Shown: positions 56,044 to 64,000 of the stretch, one piece after another
Layout of the letters: the number at the start of each line of letters is the position of its first letter
How positions within the stretch are numbered: position 1 is the stretch's first letter
DNA from: Parcubacteria group bacterium
GTDB lineage: Bacteria; Patescibacteriota; Minisyncoccia; JACPHC01
NCBI GenBank assembly: GCA_016188775.1
Contig: JACPHC010000004.1
Coordinates: forward strand, 12,704-76,703
DNA: 64,000 nucleotides
Direction: 5' to 3'
Position numbers and translations under genes: made by a program
Notes under the pieces: generated by a model
What the model was told of the DNA's origin: nothing
What the model saw: the letters and a program-made list of their open reading frames with translations, nothing else
Database searches by the model: none

Positions 56044-59000
56044 TTAAGATAAATTTTTTAACGCTTCTCTTTTTACCGCTTTCATTTCTTTTTCTTGTTC
56101 TTTCTTCTCTTCTTCCTCTTTCGGCATCTCAACTTTTTTCTCAATCAATTCGACATTCAAAGACAATCCTTTAAGTTCATTAACGAAAACGTTAAACGAG
56201 GCCGGCAAATTTTGAACTCGGATTTTTTCGCCGGAAATAATCGCGTCATAAGCGGCGGAGCGGCCATGGACATCGTCCGATTTAATTGTCAGCATCTCCT
56301 GAAGCGTATGCGAAGCGCCGTAACCTTCCAAAGCCCAAACCTCCATTTCTCCAAATCTTTGTCCGCCAAATTGAGCTTTACCGCCGAGCGGCTGCTGGGT
56401 AATCAGAGAATAAGGACCAATGGAGCGCATATGAATTTTATCTTCCACTAAATGATGCAGCTTCATAATGTAAATATGGCCGACTGTCACTTTATTATCA
56501 AAAAGTTCGCCGGTTCGGCCGTCGTAAAGAGAGACTTTCCCATCCTCTGGCATTCCGGCTTTCTTAAGCTCGGCCCGAATTTCTTCTTCGCTGACACCCG
56601 AAAGGGCCGGGGTAATAGCCTGATAATTCATCTTTTTGGCAATCCAGCCCAGATGAGTCTCGAGAATCTGGCCGAGATTCATTCGGGAAGCGACCGATAA
56701 CGGATTTAAAATAATGTCAATCGGCCGGCCAGTTTCCAAATACGGCATATCTTCCTCGGGAAGAATTTTTGAAATAACGCCTTTATTGCCGTGCCGACCG
56801 GCCATTTTGTCGCCAACGGAAAGTTTTCTTAATTGAGCCACTTCAACTTTAATCTGTTTAATAACTCCGACCTCAAGCTTATCGCCTTTTTCCCTGGAAA
56901 AAATTTTCACTGAAATCACCCGACCGTGCTTGCCAAACGGCAAAGCTAGAGACGTATCTTTGACATCGCGCGCTTTTTCGCCGAAAATAGCCCGCAAAAG
57001 CCTTTCTTCGGAAGTCAAATCCGCTTCTCCTTTGGGTGAAATTTTACCAACTAAAATATCTCCGGCCCTGACTTCCGCTCCAATCATCACGATTCCTTCT
57101 TCATCAAGATTTTTCAATCGTTCTTCGGAAACATTGGGAATGTCGCGAGTGGTAATTTCCGGACCAAGTTTCGTGTCTCTAACGTCAACGGTAAAATCTT
57201 CAATATGAATTGAAGTATAGCGATCGTTTTTCAAAATACGCTCGGAAATAACGATGGCGTCTTCAAAATTAGATCCGAAAAACGAAACAAAAGCGCAAAG
57301 AATATTTTGCCCCAAAGCCAGCTCACCTTTATCCGTGGCAATGCCATCGGCGATTACATCCCCTTTTTTAACCTCCTGCTTTTTTTTAACAATCGGCCGA
57401 TTGGTAATAGCGGTGAAAGCGTTAGATCTTAAAAAATTATTCATTTTATAAACTTTGGACTCCGGCTTTTTTCCTTTGGATTTGATGATAATCTGATTGG
57501 CGTCAACCGCCGCGACTTCGCCGTCAATATCGGAAACAATGACTCGGCCGGAATCGCGCGCGGCTTTGGCTTCCACTCCCGTAGCCACCACCGGAGCTTG
57601 AGGACGAATGCAAGGCACGGCTTGACGCTGCATATTTGAACCCATCAGAGCGCGATTGGCGTCGTCATGTTCAAGAAACGGAATTAAACTTGTGGCGATA
57701 CTGATTGACTGCTGCGGGGCGACATCCATATAATTAATCTCTTTTTTTGAAACAATCGTCGGCTTGCCTTTGACTCGCGCTTCAACAATCGGCGCCAAAA
57801 TACGCCCCTCTTGATCATAAGGAATTCCGGCGTGAGCGATATTAAATTCCGACTCTTCTAAAGCGTTAAGATAAACAATCTCTTTAGTAATCAGTCCTTT
57901 TTCAACTTTAATATACGGCGTTTCAATCAAGCCCAGCTCATTAACTCGGGCGTAAGAAGCGAAATGGCCAACCAAGCCGATATTCGGACCTTCCGGAGTC
58001 TCAATCGGGCAAATACGGCCATAGTGGGACGGATGCACGTCGCGAACTTCAAAACCAGCGCGCTCTCTAGTCAGACCGCCCGGGCCCATGGCTGAAAGCC
58101 GTCGTTCATGCTCAAGCTCCGAGAGCGGATTAACCTGATCCATAAACTGGCAAAGCTGGGAAGAAGTGAAAAATTCTTTCACCGAAGCCATAAAATGCCG
58201 AGTATTAATCAATTGAGCCGGCGTCAAAGTGTAAATATCAAAAGTGGACATGCGGTCGCGGATAATTCTGGTCAGGCGGCTAATGCCGAGCCTTAATTTC
58301 GTCTGCAAAAGCTCGCCCAAGGCCCGAACCCGACGGTTGCCCAAATGATCAATGTCATCAGGTTTAGCGTCCGGATCATTATTTAAACGAATAATTTCTT
58401 TAATAACCGCGACTATGTCTTCAAGATTCAAAACCCGCTTGTCCCGGCCAATTTCCTTGATATCTTTAACTCCCTTTTTAAATTTACTTAAGCGCTGATC
58501 TAATTTAAAACGGCCGACCGGAGAAATATCGTAACGCTCAAAACTGAACATTGATTCAATAAAACTTTTAGCCGTATCCGGCGTCACCGGCTCGCCGGGC
58601 CTTAAACGATGATAAATTTCAACAAAAGCCTCGGACTCGTCTTTCGCGCTATCGTGCGAAAGAGTGGATTTTATAAAATTAATTTCCGGATTTACGTCCA
58701 CTTCTTTAAAAGCATCCAAAATTTTTTCACCGGAACCCATGCCAAACATTTTCAAGAAAATAGTCGCCGGAATTTTTCTCTTGCGATCAATCTTGACGCT
58801 AATCACTCCTTGAGAATCGGTTTCAAATTCCAGCCAGGCGCCGCGATTCGGAATCAGTTTGGCGCCAAAAAGCTTGCGGCCCCTGGAAACTTCGGCGGTA
58901 AAAAAAACGCCGACCGAACGAATAAGCTGGGACACGACCACTCGTTCCACGCCATTGACGATAAAAGTTCCCCGCGGCGTCATTACCGGAAAATCCGTCA

Positions 59001-59322
59001 TAAAAATCTCCTGCTCTTTGATCTCACCCGTCCTTTTATTAGTCAAACGAAGGCGAACTCTCAAGGGCGCTTCATAAGAAAGATTATTTTCCCGGGAAGT
59101 CACTTCATCGTATTTGGCCTCGTCCAAATAATAATCGATAAATTCCAATTCAAGATCTTTGCCGGTATAATCTTTAATTGGCGAAATTTCGTCAAAAAGT
59201 TCCCGCAATCCCTTTTCCAAAAACCACTGCCAGGAATTCAATTGAATTTCGGCCAAAAAAGGGAGAGAAACAAAAGACGGTTTAAAGCTTCCGAAATATT
59301 TTTTATTCATAATAAAAAACAA
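56044..59322 (-). CDS. rpoB: DNA-directed RNA polymerase subunit beta
   Basis: GGQRFGEMEVWALEGYGASHTLQE and other conserved blocks. The true start may be the internal MNKKYF. Confidence 0.97.
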   Translation of the reverse strand: MFFIMNKKYFGSFKPSFVSLPFLAEIQLNSWQWFLEKGLRELFDEISPIKDYTGKDLELEFIDYYLDEAKYDEVTSRENNLSYEAPLRVRLRLTNKRTGEIKEQEIFMTDFPVMTPRGTFIVNGVERVVVSQLIRSVGVFFTAEVSRGRKLFGAKLIPNRGAWLEFETDSQGVISVKIDRKRKIPATIFLKMFGMGSGEKILDAFKEVDVNPEINFIKSTLSHDSAKDESEAFVEIYHRLRPGEPVTPDTAKSFIESMFSFERYDISPVGRFKLDQRLSKFKKGVKDIKEIGRDKRVLNLEDIVAVIKEIIRLNNDPDAKPDDIDHLGNRRVRALGELLQTKLRLGISRLTRIIRDRMSTFDIYTLTPAQLINTRHFMASVKEFFTSSQLCQFMDQVNPLSELEHERRLSAMGPGGLTRERAGFEVRDVHPSHYGRICPIETPEGPNIGLVGHFASYARVNELGLIETPYIKVEKGLITKEIVYLNALEESEFNIAHAGIPYDQEGRILAPIVEARVKGKPTIVSKKEINYMDVAPQQSISIATSLIPFLEHDDANRALMGSNMQRQAVPCIRPQAPVVATGVEAKAARDSGRVIVSDIDGEVAAVDANQIIIKSKGKKPESKVYKMNNFLRSNAFTAITNRPIVKKKQEVKKGDVIADGIATDKGELALGQNILCAFVSFFGSNFEDAIVISERILKNDRYTSIHIEDFTVDVRDTKLGPEITTRDIPNVSEERLKNLDEEGIVMIGAEVRAGDILVGKISPKGEADLTSEERLLRAIFGEKARDVKDTSLALPFGKHGRVISVKIFSREKGDKLEVGVIKQIKVEVAQLRKLSVGDKMAGRHGNKGVISKILPEEDMPYLETGRPIDIILNPLSVASRMNLGQILETHLGWIAKKMNYQAITPALSGVSEEEIRAELKKAGMPEDGKVSLYDGRTGELFDNKVTVGHIYIMKLHHLVEDKIHMRSIGPYSLITQQPLGGKAQFGGQRFGEMEVWALEGYGASHTLQEMLTIKSDDVHGRSAAYDAIISGEKIRVQNLPASFNVFVNELKGLSLNVELIEKKVEMPKEEEEKKEQEKEMKAVKREALKNLS

Positions 59323-59613
59323 AATAGCCCTAGGCCTCTATCTTTCTAGGGTTTTTGATTTTTTTTAATTACTACTTAAAGTAATAAAACACTATATTTT
59401 TATGAATCCAAGCCTTTTCTTTTTTAAGAAATCTATAAATTATAAAAAGGAATAAGGCTTGATTTTAATCGTAAAATAAAACCAAGAATAAGTTTATACC
59501 CTCTCCAAAAATTTGTCAAGAGCCCAGAATGTTGTGTGTTATTGCGCTATTATAAATTCTTGACTATTATTTAATTAGTGTTTACCGACGCTCTCATTAT
59601 TCTAATATAAAAT

Positions 59614-62043
59614 ATGGATAATAATAAATCAACAAATAATTTAACGGAACGCGTTCGCGACGTCCTTAAAAAGGAATATATCGTGGTTGGAAAAACTCGC
59701 GTGACGGGCTGGTATGCCTGGCTTTCGTTCGGTCTTATTGCGGGCGTTGTAGCTGGCGTTATTTTTGTCGCTAATCGCAGCGGAAAATTTGAATTAGTAA
59801 AAGCGGAATTAATATCATCTACAACTACCGTCAATGTTAATGCCAGTAAGATTCTTGGTGATTTGCCGCTCATTTACAGAACGGGAATATGGATTGCAAG
59901 CGCTGAAAATAGTAGCCAAGAATATATACGCAATAAAACATTTGAAGAAAACGCAATTGGAGTAATTCAGTTAAACGTCGATCATGAGATTGCTTATTCA
60001 AAAAATCTTTCTGATATTAAAAAACGCCTAAATAAATTTATTCCCGTTTCATTAACAGAGAAAATCAAGGATTCGAAAAAAATATTGATAGTCACAATTC
60101 CTAATTATCTTTTAATGCCCAATTGGCTTTCTGCTAGGCCTAATGATGAACGAACATTGGGACAAAATTTGGGTTCATTCATTTGGCAAGTGTCCCCGCC
60201 TAAATGTTATGAATGGGAATGTCCGATTGAGAACGAGAACTTGCCTGGTTGGGAGCAAGTCGTTTATGAAACGATGAAATTTTTTAAGGAACGCGGAATC
60301 ACAAATATTGCCCTCGCGGTTGGCCATGAACCAAATAGAGATTGGCTAACCAAAGAAGAGAATTGGTATAAACTTTATGCTCATAGTCTTAATGGAGCTA
60401 AAAAGATTTATCCAAGCATACTAATTGGCGGAGTGGGGTCTTGGGGTTGGGAAGAACCGAAGTTGAAGTGCGATAGCGGACAGTACGCTCTCTATGTGCA
60501 ACAAATGTGTTTTGATGAAAGCGGCTGGGCAGATCCTAATGGAAAATCGCTCACCGAAAATTTCATTGCTTATATAGCTAAAAATAATTTACCTTTAGAT
60601 TTTATCAACTATCATTCTTTTGGAACAATGCCCTTTCAATTTATCAGTCATGGCGCGGGAATCAGGGCATTGCTTCAAGAATATGGAGAAACATACAATA
60701 GGGATTTTTCGCAAGTCAAAATCTATCCAGCTGATTGGACGGTATGGGGAGGCACTTATCCGGCTGACTACTTAGATACTGAATATAATTCTTCATATTT
60801 CATTAACTCTCTTTATTATATGAACAACGCAAGCATTCAATGGCACAGTTATGATTTTGATGTTTTTGATCCTGGTTTTGAAAAAAGCGTAAAAGAACAA
60901 CGAGGGAAAAATGCTCAATTCATCGGCGACTGGCCCGTTTTTACTTTTAATCAAATCATCAAGCCTGTCTATAATGCGTTTTTCGCGCTTTCCATTTTTG
61001 CTGGAGAAAAAGAACAACAAATTCCGAATGAAATAGAAACGACGATTACTGACGATGGTTTTGTGATATCAGTCGCTTCTCAAACTAAAAATAAAAAAAC
61101 AACACGGGTATTGCTTTCAAGTTTCGCGCCGAGCGCTGATGCCGTAGGAACGAGCAAAGCCTACGGTCCTTATCTTCTATCGACACTCAAATCTTGCATG
61201 AATTCGAAAGGTTATTCCGAGGAAAAATTAAAATTACTCATTTCTTCTGTCAAAGTAGCGGCAAAAATAAACCCTCCTAACGGTAACATGACGCTTGAGT
61301 ATATAAAGAGCCTGATTGCGAATACGGCCCCTGATCCAAAAACAAGAGAAGATCTTTTTTGGTGCGCGGAACATGATGTATTTGAAATGAAACAATCGAT
61401 TGACCGCTACGCGAAAGAACCGTCGGAAATAAAACTCTCTGTTTCTGGCCTTGCTTATGGCTTTTATGAAATTAAAAAATATCTTATTGACGCAAATCAC
61501 TCTAATGGTTGCGGGTATAACAAAAAAACCGAGCCGCGAAGAACCGATACTCCCTGCGGCATCGATGGAGAAATAGATCAGCGCGTCGCGCGAGCAAAAC
61601 AAGAGGCCAAACGCAAAGGCACGAAAGAAGCGTTTTCTTACCTGCGCGAACAAGGATACAGCGAAAACGATCTCGCGTTGGGGAAAAAGATAGCTCAATC
61701 CTGCAAACGGAAAATGGCGTGTGTTCAAGAAAAATTGAAACAACGTTACCAAGAATTGGATCGTTGCAAAATGCTTCAATGCTCTTCGGCGGATACAACT
61801 ATATCGGAGTTAAAAACCGCCATCGACATCTATAAGGGCGCGTATGCGCGAGTTTTCTTTTACGATTCTCCGGATTCAATTGATAAGGTCAATAATATAA
61901 AAGAAGCGCGATTGGACACAACAGAACAAAAACTCATTTCAATTTCAGCGGTTAGCAACGCCTATCGCGAGATAATTAAACTCACGCCTCACTCTGTTTT
62001 ACTTGTAGAAATACAAAATATAGAAAAATTAATTATAAAATAA
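59614..62043 (+). CDS. large membrane-anchored hypothetical protein (809 aa) with a possible TIM-barrel glycosyl-hydrolase-like region
   Basis: N-terminal TM (WYAWLSFGLIAGVVAGVIFVA). Segments GHEPNRDW and FINYHSFG hint weakly at a glycoside hydrolase. Confidence 0.6.
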   Translation: MDNNKSTNNLTERVRDVLKKEYIVVGKTRVTGWYAWLSFGLIAGVVAGVIFVANRSGKFELVKAELISSTTTVNVNASKILGDLPLIYRTGIWIASAENSSQEYIRNKTFEENAIGVIQLNVDHEIAYSKNLSDIKKRLNKFIPVSLTEKIKDSKKILIVTIPNYLLMPNWLSARPNDERTLGQNLGSFIWQVSPPKCYEWECPIENENLPGWEQVVYETMKFFKERGITNIALAVGHEPNRDWLTKEENWYKLYAHSLNGAKKIYPSILIGGVGSWGWEEPKLKCDSGQYALYVQQMCFDESGWADPNGKSLTENFIAYIAKNNLPLDFINYHSFGTMPFQFISHGAGIRALLQEYGETYNRDFSQVKIYPADWTVWGGTYPADYLDTEYNSSYFINSLYYMNNASIQWHSYDFDVFDPGFEKSVKEQRGKNAQFIGDWPVFTFNQIIKPVYNAFFALSIFAGEKEQQIPNEIETTITDDGFVISVASQTKNKKTTRVLLSSFAPSADAVGTSKAYGPYLLSTLKSCMNSKGYSEEKLKLLISSVKVAAKINPPNGNMTLEYIKSLIANTAPDPKTREDLFWCAEHDVFEMKQSIDRYAKEPSEIKLSVSGLAYGFYEIKKYLIDANHSNGCGYNKKTEPRRTDTPCGIDGEIDQRVARAKQEAKRKGTKEAFSYLREQGYSENDLALGKKIAQSCKRKMACVQEKLKQRYQELDRCKMLQCSSADTTISELKTAIDIYKGAYARVFFYDSPDSIDKVNNIKEARLDTTEQKLISISAVSNAYREIIKLTPHSVLLVEIQNIEKLIIK

Positions 62044-62047
62044 AACA

Positions 62048-62281
62048 ATGACGCAATTATCCTTTATTAAAAAAATATTCATAGCGCTCATTATTATTGC
62101 CATTATTACGGTTGGAATATATCTATATTTTACAATGAAAAAAATACAAACGGGAACGGGTTCTCAAGAAAATTTACTTCCCCTATTTGAGAATGAAGAT
62201 CAAGATATTACATCCGGTTTGCCGCGCAATATTCCTAATCCAGAAGAAAACGAGATTCCTGAAGGATTTTTTGAGGAATAA
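62048..62281 (+). CDS. small membrane protein (77 aa)
   Basis: One TM (IFIALIIIAIITVGIYLYF) and an acidic tail. 4 bp after the upstream stop. Confidence 0.35.
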   Translation: MTQLSFIKKIFIALIIIAIITVGIYLYFTMKKIQTGTGSQENLLPLFENEDQDITSGLPRNIPNPEENEIPEGFFEE

Positions 62282-62337
62282 ATTAATAATAATTTTGATA
62301 ATTATACGTAAATTGTACGAATTTTTTTATAAAAAAA

Positions 62338-63159
62338 TTAAAATCTGATATATTTATTCCAATATTCATAAAGCTCTTTAGTGGCGCGAAGATCGCCGAC
62401 ATTATAACGGGCGATATCCAAAAATTTTTTCTCTTGGAAAAGTCGGCCGATATCGTCGCCGGTCACGCCGGAAGTTTTCGGACTTTTAATGCCAAAAAAC
62501 CGGCTCCAAAGATGAAGATTCCCCTTTTTTCTAACCGCGCCGTAAAAAGAGAGCTGATCCAATAAATCAACATGTGAGGCGCCGAATTTTTGAAGAGATA
62601 AATAACGATTGGACATCAAATCTTTGGACGGCCGAATTTTGTGCAGAGCGGATCTGGCCATTAAAAACGGGACATCGAATCCCCGGCCGTTAAAACTGAT
62701 AAATTCCTGATATTGGACAATGCCCCGCCAAAAATTTTCCAGCATTTCTTTTTCCGTCACTGGTTTAAATTTAATCCCGTCTTCTTCGAATTCTTTTATT
62801 TCTTCTCCGGAAGTTTGTCCCATACCAGAACTTCGTTCGGTACGGGACTGCGCCGATTTCTCTTTAAACGCGATGCCCTCTTTTCCATTTGAAATTAATT
62901 CTTTTACAAGTTCTTGATTCGGGGCTTGAAAATAAACCGTTCCCTGATTTTTTTCGTAATCCAAAACGCCAATGGCGACAATCTCTCCGGTCAACGGAGA
63001 AAAACCCAAGCCGTTTTTTAAATCCGCCAGGGCTGTTTCATATTCTTCTTCATTATAGGCCTCCTTTTTAATCCAGCGCGTCAGAACTTCTTGAGTCGAT
63101 TTGTCAAAAGCGTCAAAATCCGCGCCGATCGTTTCAATATCAAAAATAAGTTTACTCAT
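62338..63159 (-). CDS. RNase H-like 3-prime-5-prime exonuclease domain protein (YprB/PolB-exo-like)
   Basis: LIFDIETIG (exo I), FNGRGFDVPFL (exo II), YNVGDLRAT (exo III-like). Confidence 0.6.
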   Translation of the reverse strand: MSKLIFDIETIGADFDAFDKSTQEVLTRWIKKEAYNEEEYETALADLKNGLGFSPLTGEIVAIGVLDYEKNQGTVYFQAPNQELVKELISNGKEGIAFKEKSAQSRTERSSGMGQTSGEEIKEFEEDGIKFKPVTEKEMLENFWRGIVQYQEFISFNGRGFDVPFLMARSALHKIRPSKDLMSNRYLSLQKFGASHVDLLDQLSFYGAVRKKGNLHLWSRFFGIKSPKTSGVTGDDIGRLFQEKKFLDIARYNVGDLRATKELYEYWNKYIRF

Positions 63160-63217
63160 AATTTTATTATATTATATCAATTAATAAAAAATAACAAAAC
63201 TATTTATATTTTCTTTT

Positions 63218-63259
63218 ATTTTACATATTTTCAAACGATCGTTTGAAAATATGTAAAAT
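63218..63259. promoter_or_regulatory. perfect 42-bp palindrome centred on CGATCG (ATTTTACATATTTTCAAACGATCGTTTGAAAATATGTAAAAT)
   Basis: Reverse-complement identity verified. Arms share TTACATATTT with 8741-8784. Confidence 0.7.
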
Positions 63260-63312
63260 TTAAAATTTTATAATCTTTCTAATGATTGTTAAAAAATGTT
63301 AAATTAATTTTA

Positions 63313-64000
63313 TTAAAATAATGATTGCAATTCATTATTATTTTCCGGCAGACAAATTTGGCAAGTTTCGCATAAAGTTTTATCAACTCGCCAGGCCAGT
63401 ATCGCTTTGCTAATCGGCAAAATTGAAAGAAAATAGCGCAAATCGGCCAAACGGCGAAGCAGCCAACCCCAACGTCCGTAAATAGCTATTCCGTCAATCA
63501 AAGTCACGGCCCATCCCGGACCAATCGGAATTGAATAATACGGTTTTTGAGGCTGATAATTTGCCAATTTTTTATCTTGAAGAAGCGAGGCGATATGGCG
63601 AGCGACAAATTTTCCGTCATAAGAGGCAGTTTGAGCCATTCCGGCATGCAAGGTTGAAGCGCTATCGCCAATGATAAAAATATTTTCCAAGCCTTGAGCC
63701 CTCAAATAATCGTCAACTAAAATTCGGCCTTTTTTATCAAATTTGAATTCGCTAATTTTTTTATAAAGAGAGTTCGGTTGCACCCCGGCGGTCCAAATCA
63801 CCGTGTTAGAGAACAAAGTCATTCCGCGCACTTCCACCTTGCTTAATTTTTCGGCGATAATCGGCCGATTGGTAAAAATATTAATACCCAAACTCCGCAG
63901 CCGTTTTTCAATTTTTGCCGAAATTGCCGAGGGAAAAACCGGCATCACTCGTCCCGCTCCTTCAATTAAATCAATGGTTATAAGCGACGAATCGACTTGA
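63313..64000 (-). CDS. FAD/NAD(P)-dependent oxidoreductase (type II NADH dehydrogenase-like), C-terminal part; gene continues past the window edge
   Basis: TVIWTAGVQPN and IFIIGDSAS resemble the second dinucleotide-binding region. The N-terminus lies beyond 64000. Confidence 0.6.
   Translation of the reverse strand, partial: QVDSSLITIDLIEGAGRVMPVFPSAISAKIEKRLRSLGINIFTNRPIIAEKLSKVEVRGMTLFSNTVIWTAGVQPNSLYKKISEFKFDKKGRILVDDYLRAQGLENIFIIGDSASTLHAGMAQTASYDGKFVARHIASLLQDKKLANYQPQKPYYSIPIGPGWAVTLIDGIAIYGRWGWLLRRLADLRYFLSILPISKAILAWRVDKTLCETCQICLPENNNELQSLF

Noticed and set aside
58609-59349. 246-aa plus-strand ORF antisense to rpoB (and similar antisense ORFs in rpoC, the giant gene, ftsH and the 809-aa gene)
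   Set aside because: They lie fully within well-supported genes on the other strand and have low-complexity, basic translations. They are typical shadow ORFs.

Overview
This is a low-GC (about 40%), gene-dense bacterial window. Its small genes, repeated type IV pilus modules and giant surface proteins suggest a reduced-genome, CPR/Patescibacteria-like organism, but that is inference only. The right third holds core housekeeping genes: rpoB, rpoC, ftsK, recA, the rpsF-ssb-rpsR cluster, groES-groEL, ftsH, an htpX-lemA pair and three histidine kinases. The left third is an accessory surface and pilus region. It contains two separate pilB-pilC ATPase/platform pairs, at least six prepilin-type pilins including a 670-aa one, a 1896-aa Cys-rich repeat surface protein, a RelE/ParE toxin pair, an orphan HicB-like antitoxin and a Cas2-fold/PaaX-like protein. 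The most unusual structure is a pair of GC-rich inverted repeats of about 240-290 bp at 31.3-34.0 kb. They bracket a compact five-gene operon (XRE HTH, hypothetical, histidine-phosphatase-like, DUF3850/ASCH-like, SAM methyltransferase). This sits next to a degraded large serine recombinase and a tRNA-Ser(GGA), which is an integrated-element footprint. The window is also seeded with three dispersed repeat families. One is a 77-92 bp MITE-like foldback element (GTCATTGCGAG...CTCGCAATGAC) in five copies. Two are families of CGATCG-centred palindromes in seven intergenic copies. There are also recurrent promoter-like and operator-like motifs tied to the pilin genes. No rRNA or CRISPR array was seen. 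One tRNA was found.
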